64,000 nt of DNA from Myxococcota bacterium (lineage in GTDB: Bacteria; Myxococcota_A; UBA796; SXON01), in assembly GCA_040386535.1 (NCBI GenBank), contig JAZKFH010000015.1:297114-361113 (forward strand), written 5' to 3'. The position numbers and the translations under genes were made by a program. Shown piece by piece: positions 1 through 9,979 of this stretch. The stretch's first letter is position 1. Each line of letters begins with the position of its first letter. The notes beneath the pieces are model-generated. The model saw only the letters and a program-made list of their open reading frames with translations. It had not been told where the DNA came from and did not search any database.

Positions 1-1
1 C

Positions 2-289
2 GCGGGAGACGCGGCGGGGCGCACCGCGGATGCCGAGGGCGAGGCCGCCTGGATCGCCGGGGTGAGCGCTGGCGGCGCGGCCTCCCCCAAGCTCACGCGC
101 ACGCGGCTCTGGCGCGAGCGGGTCGCCGCGGCGCTCGACGGTACGCCGCTGGTGCTCGTGCCGCGCTCGATCCGCGTGTGGCTGGGCGGCGAGCCGGCCG
201 CTCCCCGCGCCGCGCCTCCCAAGCCCGCCGCCTCGAAGGCCGGCGCCCGCCCCGCCACCAAGCCCGAACCCGGAGCGTCCCATGGGTAG
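2..289 (+). CDS. HflK-like SPFH protein, C-terminal part (runs off window start)
   Basis: Frame open from base 2: AGDAAGRTADAEGEAAWIAG...TRTRLWRERVAAAL resembles an HflK C-terminus; overlaps the hflC start. Confidence 0.6.
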   Translation, partial: AGDAAGRTADAEGEAAWIAGVSAGGAASPKLTRTRLWRERVAAALDGTPLVLVPRSIRVWLGGEPAAPRAAPPKPAASKAGARPATKPEPGASHG

Positions 290-1151
290 CCTTCGTCTGG
301 CCGCCATCGGCCTCGTCCCGCTCGTGCTGGCCGGCGCCTCCGTGTTCACGCTGGATGCGCGCGAGGTGGCCGTGGTCACCTCCTTCGGCGCCCCGGTGCG
401 CACGCTCGTCGAGCCCGGCCTCTACGTGCGCGCCCCGTGGCCGCTCCACGAGGTCGTGCGGTTCGACGCGCGCGCGCGCGTGCTCGAGGTCGCCCCGACC
501 GAGCTGTTGACCGCCGACAAGAAGAACCTCGTCGTCGAGGCGTTCGCCATCTGGCGCGTGGCCGATCCGCAGCGCTTCCTCGAGGCCGTCGGCAGCCCCG
601 CCGCCGCCGAGGCGCAGCTGGGCGACCTCGTGACCAGCCGGGTCGCCGCCGCCATCGGCAAGGTCGAGCTCAACGACGTGCTGACCATCGACGCCTCCAC
701 GGGTGACCTGCTCCCCGGCACCGTCCGCACCGATGTCGCCGCCACCGCGTCGGAACGTTTCGGCGTCGAGGTGCTCGACGTGCGGCTCCGCCACGTGGGC
801 CTGCCCCTCCAGAACGAACAGTCCATCTACGAGCGCATGCGCGCCGAGCGGCTCCGCATCGCGAACGCCTACCGCTCCGAGGGCGAGGAGCAGGCCACCA
901 CCATCCGCGCCAAGGCCGACCGCGAGGCCGCCGAGATCCTCGCCAACGCCGAGCGCGAGGCCGCCTTCGTGAACGCCAAGGCCGCAGAGGACGCGGCGCG
1001 GCGCTACGCCGAGGCCTACCGGGCCGATCCCGCGCTCTACGAGCTGCTCGGGGCGCTGGAGAGCTACGAGAAGGTCGTACGGAGCGACACCGTCCTCATC
1101 CTCCCCTCGGACGGCGGCTTCTTCGAGGCGCTCGACCGGGGGCCGCCGTGA
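282..1151 (+). CDS. hflC: HflC-like SPFH/band 7 protease modulator
   Basis: N-terminal TM; EPGLY, LLTADKKNLVV, WRVADP, IYERMRAER..IANAYRSEGEE are typical HflC motifs. Confidence 0.9.
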   Translation: MGSLRLAAIGLVPLVLAGASVFTLDAREVAVVTSFGAPVRTLVEPGLYVRAPWPLHEVVRFDARARVLEVAPTELLTADKKNLVVEAFAIWRVADPQRFLEAVGSPAAAEAQLGDLVTSRVAAAIGKVELNDVLTIDASTGDLLPGTVRTDVAATASERFGVEVLDVRLRHVGLPLQNEQSIYERMRAERLRIANAYRSEGEEQATTIRAKADREAAEILANAEREAAFVNAKAAEDAARRYAEAYRADPALYELLGALESYEKVVRSDTVLILPSDGGFFEALDRGPP

Positions 1152-2005
1152 TCGCCGGGCCGATGGTCCAGCGCGCCGGCACCGTCGCCGCCGCGATCGT
1201 GGGGCTGGTCGTGCTCGCGTCGAGCGTGATGATGGTCGATCCCGCCGAGGTCGCCGTCGTCTACCGCTTCGGCGCGGTCGACCGCGTGGTCGGCGCCGGC
1301 CTCGGCTTCCGCCTCCCCCTGATCGAGCGCGCCGAGCGCATCCGCGTCACCGAGGTGCGCCGCGTCGAGCTGCCCCGCCGCCGCCTGCTCACCGAGGACA
1401 CGAACCTCGTCGAGCTCGAGATCGTCGCGCAGTTCAGCGTCGCCGATCCCGTGCTCTTCGCGCTCGTGCACGCCGACCCCGAGAAGGTCGTCGCGGCCGA
1501 GGTCGAGTCGGCGCTCAACGCGCGCGTGGCCGATGTCGCGGTCGACGCGTTGCTCACCACCGGCCGCGCCGAGCTCCAGCAGGCGATCATGGACGCCGCC
1601 CAGAAGTCCCTCGACGCGCTCGCCACCGGCGTGCGCCTCGTCGCGGTCGACGTGCGCGATCTGGTGCCCCCCGCCGCGGTCGTGAACGCGTTCAACGACG
1701 TGTCGAGCGCCAAGGGCGACCAGGAGACCATGCGGCTCGCGGCGGACTCCTACGCCTCCAAGGTGCTCCCCGAGGTGCGCGGCCGCGCGGCGCAGCTCGA
1801 GCAGGAGGCCCTCTCCGGCGCCGCCGAGCAGAGCGCCCGTGCCGACGGCGACATCGCCCGCTTCTCCGCGCTCCTCCCCGCGTGGCGCAGCGATCCGACG
1901 GCCACGCGCATCCAGCTCCGCGACGAGCTCTGGGCCGACATCGGCACGCGCGCGCAGGTGATGGTGGTGCCGCCGGGGTCGGAAGTGACGCTGCCGTCGA
2001 AGTAG
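1148..2005 (+). CDS. hflK: HflK-like SPFH protein
   Basis: TM; AVVYRFG, LLTEDTNLV, PPAAVVNAFNDV, ADGDIARF; GTGA overlap with hflC. Confidence 0.85.
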   Translation: MIAGPMVQRAGTVAAAIVGLVVLASSVMMVDPAEVAVVYRFGAVDRVVGAGLGFRLPLIERAERIRVTEVRRVELPRRRLLTEDTNLVELEIVAQFSVADPVLFALVHADPEKVVAAEVESALNARVADVAVDALLTTGRAELQQAIMDAAQKSLDALATGVRLVAVDVRDLVPPAAVVNAFNDVSSAKGDQETMRLAADSYASKVLPEVRGRAAQLEQEALSGAAEQSARADGDIARFSALLPAWRSDPTATRIQLRDELWADIGTRAQVMVVPPGSEVTLPSK

Positions 2006-2030
2006 GAGGGATGTTCCCGAGGGCGCGGCG

Positions 2031-2963
2031 TCAGCGCGTCCAGGGCCGCTCGATCTCGATCCGCCCCACGCCGATGCGCAGCTGGCCCGTGCTCGATCGC
2101 CGCTCGATCAGCGCCGCTCCGAGCGCGCCCGGGGCGCGGTCCAACACCTTGCGCGCGCGGAACACGAGCAGGTTCAGCTGTGGGAGGTCGATGCGCAACG
2201 CCGCCATGAGCTCGTCCCGGTAGATCCATCCCTGCTCGCTCTCCGGGGAGCCCTCGTCCTCCAGGCGGCGGCGCGCCAGCACCAGCAGCAGCTCGTTGTG
2301 CGCACGCGCGCCGAGGGACACCCGCTCGGCGCCCTGCTCGAACCAGAGCTCCACGTGCTCCTCGTCGAGGCTCACCACGAAGCGCAGGCAGGGCGGCGCC
2401 TCCTGCTGCGCGACCCGCGCGTCCACCGTGCCGACCGTCGGTCCGGGGAGGACCAGCCGCCACGCGCGCCCGTCGACGACCACGATGTCGCGATCCTCGA
2501 CGTGCTGGACCCCGTCGGGCAGCTCGGCGATCCAGAACCCGACCCCGTCGGGGCCCGCCCCGTGCGCGTAGATCGTCGCGATCGGATCCTGCTCGGACGG
2601 CAGCGCCAACACGCTGCCGATGGCCACCCGCACCTCGCCTCCCACCACGGCGCACGCGGCCAGCGACGGCGGAGCATCCTCCTCGAGCACCCAGGGATCA
2701 TCCTGGGATGCGAAGTGAATGCGCGCGCCGCGCTCGAGCCTACGCTCCTGGCCGGGCGCGAGTTGGTCGCCGCCCACCCAGGTGCCGTTGCGGCTGCCCA
2801 GGTCCCGCACCCACCACGCGCCCTCCACCCACACGATGCACGCGTGCTCGCCCGACACCGCCGCGCGTTCCAATTGCAGGTCGGCCGCGGGCGAACGCCC
2901 GATGAGCGTGCGGGTCCGCAGCAGGATCCGTCGGCCCGCAACCACGTTTTCGAGGATCGCCAT
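2031..2963 (-). CDS. FHA-domain protein with C-terminal winged-helix-like domain
   Basis: FHA motifs IGRS, VSGEHA, DLGSRNGTWV; C-terminal GWIYRDEL..LR...FRARK..LIERR..QLRIG shared with paralog at 9097. Confidence 0.85.
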   Translation of the reverse strand: MAILENVVAGRRILLRTRTLIGRSPAADLQLERAAVSGEHACIVWVEGAWWVRDLGSRNGTWVGGDQLAPGQERRLERGARIHFASQDDPWVLEEDAPPSLAACAVVGGEVRVAIGSVLALPSEQDPIATIYAHGAGPDGVGFWIAELPDGVQHVEDRDIVVVDGRAWRLVLPGPTVGTVDARVAQQEAPPCLRFVVSLDEEHVELWFEQGAERVSLGARAHNELLLVLARRRLEDEGSPESEQGWIYRDELMAALRIDLPQLNLLVFRARKVLDRAPGALGAALIERRSSTGQLRIGVGRIEIERPWTR

Positions 2964-3057
2964 CGGGCGCGCTTAGCCGAAGGGGTCTTGCGCCGCCACA
3001 GGTCGGGTTGTCGCCATCCGGCTGCGCAGGCGCGCGCCACCGTGTACCGTCCGCCGC

Positions 3058-6000
3058 ATGGATACCTCTGCCTTTGCCGGACAGGATCGCTTCGAGCCAA
3101 TATCGTTGTTGGGCAGTGGCGAGTTTGGCCTGGTCTACGCGGTCACCGACCACTTGCGGCAGGAGTTGGTCGCCGCGAAGGTGCTACGTCGCGTCGAGCC
3201 CGGCGCGCTGGCCCGCTTCAAGCAGGAGTTCCGGGCCCTGGCGGACATCCGCCATCCAAACCTCGTGCGGGTGATGGAGCTGCACGCGGCGCCCAACGGC
3301 GCCTGGTTCTTCACGATGGAGCGCGTGTCGGGCGAGGACCCGCTCACGTGGCTCAAGCGCCCCCAATACGCGGGCGGCGCGGTGCTCACGTACGAACCCG
3401 CGAGCCTGCCCGAAACCAACTCCCAACCCGACAGCTACGACGCGGGGCCCCCGAACCCTCCGCCCACGTTGAACGAGCTCGATCCGCACGCGGTCCGCGC
3501 GGTGTTCCACCAGCTCGTGACCGGGATCGGCGCGCTCCACGCGGCCGGCTTCATGCACCGCGATCTGAAGCCGTCCAACGTGCTCGTTCAGCCGGATGGA
3601 CGGGTCATCGTGCTCGACTTCGGCGTGGCACGCAGTCTCGAAGACGACCGCTCCCGGTACTCCACCGCCGGCACGCCGCGGTACATGGCGCCCGAGCGGT
3701 GGCGCGGCCAGCCCCATGGCCCCGCGTCGGATTGGTACGCCCTCGGCGTGATGTTGCACGAGGTGTTGTACGGCGCCGCGCCCTGCCAGACGGACGCCGC
3801 GCTCCCGGATCTCCCGCCGACCGCCCACGCCGGACTGCGGGCGATTTGTGCGCGGCTCCTCGCGCCGTCGGCGGCGGACCGGCCCTCCCACCTGGAGCTG
3901 CTCGCGGCCTTCGCCGCCGAGGTCGTGCCAGAGGCGCCGAGGCGGATGCCGGCCCGCTTGTTCGTCGGCCGCCTCGCCGAGCGTCAGCAGCTCGTGGACG
4001 CGATGACCCAGGCGCGCGCGGGCGCCCGTCGCACCCGGATGGTCCTCGGGCCGAGCGGCGTAGGGAAGTCCACGCTCGTGCGGCGCGCGTTGCGCGATTT
4101 GCGTGCCGAGGGTCCCGTCGTCGCCCTCGCCGGGCGCTGCCACGAGCACGAGACGCTCCCGTTCAAGGCGCTCGACGGCGTGATCGACGCGCTCGCCCGG
4201 CACCTCGACAGCTTGCCGGCGGACGCGGCGCGCGCGGTCCTCCCTCGCCACACCCAGGAGCTCGCGCAGGTCTTCCCCGCCCTGCGCCAGGTGCCCGCCG
4301 TCAGCGCGTGGCCCGCCACCCGTCTCGTGGAGGAGCCGATCGAGGTGCGCCGTCGCGCGTTCCGGGCGCTCGCGGACCTGCTCGGGAGCCTGAACGACCG
4401 CGCGCCGGTGGTGTTGTTCATCGACGACCTCCAGTGGGGGGACGAGGCCTCGGCCCACCTGCTCATCGACGTGCTCAGCGGCCTGGACGCGCCAGCCGTG
4501 CTGGTCATCGGCGCCTGCCGGACAGACGAGCGCCAGGACAGCCCGTTCATGCGCGTCTGGGACGCCTGGACCGCGGATGACCCCCGCGCACACGGGGACG
4601 TGGAGGTCGGGCGGTTGACCTCGGACGAGTCGCTCGCGCTCAGCCGGCACCTCCTCGGCGACGAGGGCAACGACGGGGACGCGTGGGCGTCGACGGTCGC
4701 GGCGGAGTCCGTGGGGAGCCCGATGCTCGTCGAGGAGCTCGTGCGGGCGGGCCGCGACGGGGCGCCCGCGGGCCTCAAGGAGGTGATCGGACGCCGCCTG
4801 GACGCCCTCTCCTCCGCGCACCTCGAGGTGCTCTACGCCGTGGCGACGGCGCAACGCCCACTGCTGCGCGAGCTCCTGTGGGACGCGACCGACCTCGGCG
4901 ACACCGCTTGGGCCGTGGTGGACGACCTTGTCGACGCGCGGCTCCTCCTGCGCCGCCCGATCGGAGGGCGGCCCGCGCTCGAGGTCCGGCACGACCGCTA
5001 CCGTGAGGTGGTGGCAGCGCGCCTGGCGCCGGAAGAGGCACGCCGCGTTCAACGCGCGCTCGCCGACGCGGGCGCCCGGCAGGGCGCGGAGGCCGATTGG
5101 GTGGCTGCTCGTTACGAGATGGCCGGCTGCGTCGAACAGGCGCTCCCGCACGCCCGACGCGCCGCGGAGGAGGCCCTGGCGTCGCTGTCCCTGGAGCGCG
5201 CCGCCGAGCTGTTCGCCCAGGCGCTACGGTGCACACCCCCGGGGGACGTGACCCGGGGGCCGCTCCTCGAAGCGCAGGCCAACGCGCTCGCCCTGGTCGG
5301 GCGGTCCGCGGAGGCGAGCCTGCTCTACCTGGACGCCGCCGAGGTGCACCCGGACCCGCTACGAATGCGGTACAAGGCGTCGATCCAGCAGATGTTCTGT
5401 GGACAGACCGAGGCGGGTGTCACCCAGCTGCGCGGCGTGTCCGAGGCCCTCGGCGTGGGGTGGCCCCGGCGGCCCTGGCAGGCCGCGGCGGGGATGGTGT
5501 GGACGAGCTTCCGGATGCTCGGCTGGCGCGCGCCCGCGCCCGCCCTGACCGGTCCGGCCGAGCTCCCACCCACCGGGGTCAGCCCGGTCGAGCTGTGTTG
5601 GGAGGCCTGTCAGGCGCTCTCCTCGTCCGATTGGATCCGCGGGGCGTGGTTTGCAGCCCAGGGGGCCCACCACGCGATGCGTTCGGGCGATCCTGTGCGA
5701 ATCGCCCGCTCGATGGCCTGGCTCGGGTCGCAGGTCCAACCTTTCTCCTCCCGCCAGAGCGAGCGCGCGCTCGAACTCGCGAAGCGCATCGCCACCACGC
5801 ACCCGCACCCCGAGCTCCTCGCGGTCATCGACATCGTCGAGGCCACGCGCTGGCTCACGAGCGGCGAGTTCGCCCCGGCGGCGCCCCTCTTCGACCGCTG
5901 CATCGAGCGGCTCCAGACCTGCGAAGGGTCGGCGTGGCTCGGGATGCTCGCGCGCAGCCTGCAAGGCGAGACCCTCATCCACCTCGGAGAGCTGCCACGC

Positions 6001-6702
6001 CTCCGCCTGCTCATCGACAGCGCCCAACATCGGTACTGGGAGCTCGGCAACCTGCACGGCGCGCAGGTCGTGCGGCTGCAGGAGGCCGTCCTGCGCATGT
6101 CGGACGACCAGCCCGATCGCGCGCACGTCCTGCTCGAGCGGGTCGACCAGGAGAACACGAAGGAAGGCTTCTTCTACCTCCACTACGGGCAGATGGAGAA
6201 CGCGGCGCGGCTGTCACTCTACCAGGGTGACCTGGAGGGGGCCGCGCGGGGCCTCATGGAGCGTTGGCCGCGCATGATGGCCTCGGGCATCGCGTGGGTG
6301 CCGTCCGTCGCCAGCCGCGCGTGGTCGGTGCGCGGCAACATCGAAGCGGCGCGCCTCGCGGCGTCGCATGGCACCGATGCCAGCGCGCGCGCTGTCGTGC
6401 GGGAAGCGCTCTCCAAGTTGGCGCGCACGTCCGCCCCGGTGGCCGTCGCCGAGCACCGTCAGCTCTCGGGGGCGCTCGCCGCGGCGGAGGGGCGCCGCGC
6501 CGACGCCGTCAGGCTCGCCACCGAGGCCGCGGCGTGCTTCCGGGGGAACCACCAGCACCTCCGCGCGGCGATCGCGGCGCGGGGGGCCGCGATCGTGGGC
6601 GAGGGGGACACGGACGCGGCGGCCCGCGCCGTCGCGGCGCTCGCGATCAGCGCGCCGGCGGCGTGGTCCCGGGCCTTCTCCCCCGCGTTCGAAGCGCGCT
6701 GA
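3058..6702 (+). CDS. Ser/Thr protein kinase fused to AAA/STAND-type ATPase and helical (TPR-like) tail
   Basis: LGSGEFGLVY, AAK, HRDLKPSN, DFG, GTPRYMAPE; Walker A GPSGVGKS; Walker B LFIDDLQWGD. Confidence 0.9.
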   Translation: MDTSAFAGQDRFEPISLLGSGEFGLVYAVTDHLRQELVAAKVLRRVEPGALARFKQEFRALADIRHPNLVRVMELHAAPNGAWFFTMERVSGEDPLTWLKRPQYAGGAVLTYEPASLPETNSQPDSYDAGPPNPPPTLNELDPHAVRAVFHQLVTGIGALHAAGFMHRDLKPSNVLVQPDGRVIVLDFGVARSLEDDRSRYSTAGTPRYMAPERWRGQPHGPASDWYALGVMLHEVLYGAAPCQTDAALPDLPPTAHAGLRAICARLLAPSAADRPSHLELLAAFAAEVVPEAPRRMPARLFVGRLAERQQLVDAMTQARAGARRTRMVLGPSGVGKSTLVRRALRDLRAEGPVVALAGRCHEHETLPFKALDGVIDALARHLDSLPADAARAVLPRHTQELAQVFPALRQVPAVSAWPATRLVEEPIEVRRRAFRALADLLGSLNDRAPVVLFIDDLQWGDEASAHLLIDVLSGLDAPAVLVIGACRTDERQDSPFMRVWDAWTADDPRAHGDVEVGRLTSDESLALSRHLLGDEGNDGDAWASTVAAESVGSPMLVEELVRAGRDGAPAGLKEVIGRRLDALSSAHLEVLYAVATAQRPLLRELLWDATDLGDTAWAVVDDLVDARLLLRRPIGGRPALEVRHDRYREVVAARLAPEEARRVQRALADAGARQGAEADWVAARYEMAGCVEQALPHARRAAEEALASLSLERAAELFAQALRCTPPGDVTRGPLLEAQANALALVGRSAEASLLYLDAAEVHPDPLRMRYKASIQQMFCGQTEAGVTQLRGVSEALGVGWPRRPWQAAAGMVWTSFRMLGWRAPAPALTGPAELPPTGVSPVELCWEACQALSSSDWIRGAWFAAQGAHHAMRSGDPVRIARSMAWLGSQVQPFSSRQSERALELAKRIATTHPHPELLAVIDIVEATRWLTSGEFAPAAPLFDRCIERLQTCEGSAWLGMLARSLQGETLIHLGELPRLRLLIDSAQHRYWELGNLHGAQVVRLQEAVLRMSDDQPDRAHVLLERVDQENTKEGFFYLHYGQMENAARLSLYQGDLEGAARGLMERWPRMMASGIAWVPSVASRAWSVRGNIEAARLAASHGTDASARAVVREALSKLARTSAPVAVAEHRQLSGALAAAEGRRADAVRLATEAAACFRGNHQHLRAAIAARGAAIVGEGDTDAAARAVAALAISAPAAWSRAFSPAFEAR

Positions 6703-8877
6703 TCACACGTTCCCGGCCACCGCGACCTTCGACGGGAGCAGGTGGAAATATCCCGGGCGCCGGGTCGTGTTGCGCTCGAGGATCTCCACCTCGATCGCGC
6801 TCATCCTCTGCCGCAGCGCCGCCACCAGCGACCACGCCTTGGGGTCCGGGTACCAGGAGAGGTCCACCTGGGACCAGGTGTCCCCCTGGAGGGACGCGAG
6901 CAGGTGGAGCGCTCGCATCTGCGTGAGCGCCGTCTCCGACGGAGGAAGGAGCTCCAACAGGGTGACGTCCTTCAGCCGCGCCGGATCCGCGTAGATGGCG
7001 CACGGCTTCTCGGCGACCGAGCCCATCTGTTCGTATTGGGAGTAGTTGACCGCGCTGTGCAGCGGACCACACAGGAACAGCACCGTCGTGATCATCTCGC
7101 AGAGCGTGTCCAACGTATCGAGCGTCTCCGGCAACCCCCGAACGGCGCCCCCGTGGGGGCTCGGTGCGCGCAGCTCCTGGAACCACGCCTGCACCTCGTG
7201 GTCCGCTACGACCGCGGCGTCTCCAGTGGCGGCGTCCTCCCCGTAGTACAACCCGAGGTACCCCTTCACGAAGGTGTCCAGGGCTTCCCAATGGAGCATC
7301 CCGTCGTCCCGGAACGGGTAGTCCGGGAGCGCGTTGGTGTCATCGAGCCCTTGTCTTTCCATGCGCCGTGGCAGATTCGCGTCCCACAGCGTGGCTTGTT
7401 CGGCGGCGCGCTCCAGCAACCGGAACGTGCCATCTTTCAGGCCCACCGCCATCAGTTGGTCGAGGAGCCCGTCCTCGTTGGCCAGCCACTGCCGTCCCAG
7501 GAAGTTGTTCCAGAGCACGGACTCGAAGCTCGGCGCGAGCAACACCGAGATGGGGTGACGCACCGACAGCTGACGACGCGTGGTGACGACCAGCGGTTCG
7601 AGCGCGAAGTGTACGCCGTACAGGTGGGTGAACAGCTCGTGATGGTGGAAGTCCGCACACTCGAAGCAGGCTTTGGCGTTGTTCCACGCCTCCTCGTCCG
7701 ACGGCGTGAAGATCTCGAAGACGGCGGGGTCCCGTCCCGCTTGCAACGCGATGGGGAGCAGGTTTCCCCCGTGCTCCGAGCGCGCCTGGAAGAACAGGCC
7801 GAAGGGAACGGGCAGGAAGCGCTGCCTCGGTTCGTCGGACAGCGTCCGCCCGAAGAAGTCCCGCTCCGGGCCCTTTGCGCGGAGGGGAATGCCGTCGAGC
7901 ATGGCGAAGTCGACGACGTAGAGCTGGCCCGCCTCCGCGGCACCTGCCAGGGTCAGTCCGCGAACGTACGCGTCGGGCAGCCTGAGCTTGACCAACGCAT
8001 CTTGCAGGTGCCGATCGGTGACAGGAAATCCGCTGGGGAGGTCCTCCGCCGTGCGGACGCGGCGAAGGAGCAGGGGATTGGCCCCGGCCAGGCGTGCACG
8101 GGCAAAATCGATGTCGTGGGTGACCCCTTTGAGGCCTGCCTCCGAAACCTTCAGCTCCGCGGAGAGGAGCGAGTAGTCCGCGCATTTGCGCAGCGGCACG
8201 GGCTTGGCGTCGACGTTCGTCACGAACTCGAGCGCGCTCCGGACGATGGCCGCGACGCCGCGGAGCCGCGCCGGAAGAGGGTTGTGCCGGCCTGCGTTCA
8301 GTTCGCGCGGCTGGGCAGGCGTGCGGCGTCCGAGGAAACTCGAAACTTGGGAAACGATGCTGTCGGAGGCATTGATCGTATCGGTGATCGTCTCGAAGAG
8401 GTGCTCGACCGCCTCGACCAGGGTTTGCTTCAGATCCTCGGGCCGCGGCAGGAAGGCGGCCCTATCTTCTCGTGCCTCCCCCAACTCGCCGAGCTTCCTC
8501 CAGGTGACGACCAGGTGGGGAGCCTCCAAGGCGGCCGCCGCCCCCATGGCAATGAACGCCTGGTTCCATTCGCACTTCGGAATCTGCTCCAGGACGTCGT
8601 ACAGGACGTCGGAGGCGTGTTCGACCTTCTTGAGGGCCCAGTCTATGTCCGGGTGCTCTTCCTCCGGCAGGCCGACGTACGACCCGTGCAGCACGTCGTA
8701 GATGTCGAGGAGGCCGGTCTGCTCGATGCCTTGGATCGCCAGCATGGGAAGGGATCCGACGACGCTGTAGTCCCAACTGTAGAGCGCGCGGCGCTTGACG
8801 ACGTTTTCGGCGCGGTTGAAGAGGAGATCGTGCTGCGGAAGGAAAACAGGGATGCTCGCAGGGGGGGGCGTTTTCAT
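6703..8877 (-). CDS. Lipoxygenase (non-heme iron)
   Basis: FARARLAGANP, PIALQ, ADFHHHELFTHLYGVHFALEP, RQLSVRHPI, YPFRDDG, LHSAVNYSQY, C-terminal ...AGNV. Start taken at ATG 8877 (MKTPPP). Confidence 0.93.
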   Translation of the reverse strand: MKTPPPASIPVFLPQHDLLFNRAENVVKRRALYSWDYSVVGSLPMLAIQGIEQTGLLDIYDVLHGSYVGLPEEEHPDIDWALKKVEHASDVLYDVLEQIPKCEWNQAFIAMGAAAALEAPHLVVTWRKLGELGEAREDRAAFLPRPEDLKQTLVEAVEHLFETITDTINASDSIVSQVSSFLGRRTPAQPRELNAGRHNPLPARLRGVAAIVRSALEFVTNVDAKPVPLRKCADYSLLSAELKVSEAGLKGVTHDIDFARARLAGANPLLLRRVRTAEDLPSGFPVTDRHLQDALVKLRLPDAYVRGLTLAGAAEAGQLYVVDFAMLDGIPLRAKGPERDFFGRTLSDEPRQRFLPVPFGLFFQARSEHGGNLLPIALQAGRDPAVFEIFTPSDEEAWNNAKACFECADFHHHELFTHLYGVHFALEPLVVTTRRQLSVRHPISVLLAPSFESVLWNNFLGRQWLANEDGLLDQLMAVGLKDGTFRLLERAAEQATLWDANLPRRMERQGLDDTNALPDYPFRDDGMLHWEALDTFVKGYLGLYYGEDAATGDAAVVADHEVQAWFQELRAPSPHGGAVRGLPETLDTLDTLCEMITTVLFLCGPLHSAVNYSQYEQMGSVAEKPCAIYADPARLKDVTLLELLPPSETALTQMRALHLLASLQGDTWSQVDLSWYPDPKAWSLVAALRQRMSAIEVEILERNTTRRPGYFHLLPSKVAVAGNV

Positions 8878-9096
8878 CGAACCTCTTATGGCGCGCGGGT
8901 GCGCACGCTTTGTGTGGCGTTCGTGTACACCATTCGGTCGAGCTCGCGCCAGCCTCCCGGCATTGCAACCGCTTGCAGTACCCGCCTGGCCCAGCCGCCG
9001 TCGTCCCCCCCAAGCGACCGACGCTCCGCTATTTTCCGACCAACGGGTTAACAACTCGGCATCGCACGCCTCGAACACATCGATACCGGCCGCCTC

Positions 9097-9972
9097 GTGA
9101 CCCTGCGCGCGCGCCACCTCGTCGGTCGCTCGCCCGAGGCCGACCTGCGCGTCGACGCGCCCCGGGTGTCGACCCGGCACGCCGAGCTCTTCTACCACGA
9201 ATCAGCTTGGTTCCTACGTGATCTCGGAAGTCGGAACGGCACCACGGTGGACGGCGTCCCGGTGCTCCCCGGGGTCGACGTGGCGCTGAGCGTCGGGAGC
9301 CGCGTCGAGCTCGCCGGGCCGGGCTGCGCGTGGCGGCTCGCCTCGGTGGCTCCGCCACACGCCGCGGCCGTTCCGCTCGACGGGGGCGCGGCCGTGGAGG
9401 CGGAGGACGGCGTGATCAGCCTGCCGGACGGCGAGGGCTCGGTGCTCGTCTACGACGATTCGAGCGGGTGGTGCTGCCGCCGCGAGGAGGACGAGATCCC
9501 CGCGCGGGACGGGGAGGTCGTCGAGGCGGGAGGGCGGCACTGGCGGCTGTCACTGCCGAGCGCGGTCATCGCGACGCTCCACTCGCGCGACTCGCGACCG
9601 GAGACCGCGCTGACCCTGCGCTTCGTGGTGAGCCGCGACGAGGAGCACGTCGAGCTCACGGTCTTCTGGGGGGGCCAGTCCTTCACCCCGCGCGCCCGGG
9701 CGCATGCCTACACGCTCCTGACGCTCGCCCGCCGCCGCCTCGCCGACGAGCAGGCGGGGGAGCTCCCACCCGCGGAGCGTGGCTGGTTCTACACGGACGA
9801 GCTCTGCCATCTCCTGCGGGTCGATCCGAACCTGGTCCACACGCACCTGTTCCGCGCGCGGCGGCAGCTCCTGGAGGGGGGCGTGCCCGACGCCGAGGCG
9901 CTCATCGAGCGGCGACCGGACGCGCGGCAGATGCGAATCGGCATCGCGATGATCGAAGTGATCGCGGGGTAG
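9097..9972 (+). CDS. FHA-domain protein with C-terminal winged-helix-like domain
   Basis: VGRS, VSTRHA, DLGSRNGT; LRFVVSRDEEHVEL and GWFYTDEL..LR...FRARR; paralog of 2031..2963; divergent from the lipoxygenase. Confidence 0.85.
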   Translation: MTLRARHLVGRSPEADLRVDAPRVSTRHAELFYHESAWFLRDLGSRNGTTVDGVPVLPGVDVALSVGSRVELAGPGCAWRLASVAPPHAAAVPLDGGAAVEAEDGVISLPDGEGSVLVYDDSSGWCCRREEDEIPARDGEVVEAGGRHWRLSLPSAVIATLHSRDSRPETALTLRFVVSRDEEHVELTVFWGGQSFTPRARAHAYTLLTLARRRLADEQAGELPPAERGWFYTDELCHLLRVDPNLVHTHLFRARRQLLEGGVPDAEALIERRPDARQMRIGIAMIEVIAG

Positions 9973-9979
9973 GGGGCGG

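Noticed and set aside
8878..9198. N-terminal extensions in the ORF track (LOX to 9198, kinase-FGE to 15984, bcsC to 52093, bcsZ to 54519)
   Set aside because: They overlap neighbouring genuine genes; downstream starts with coupling overlaps or signal peptides fit better.
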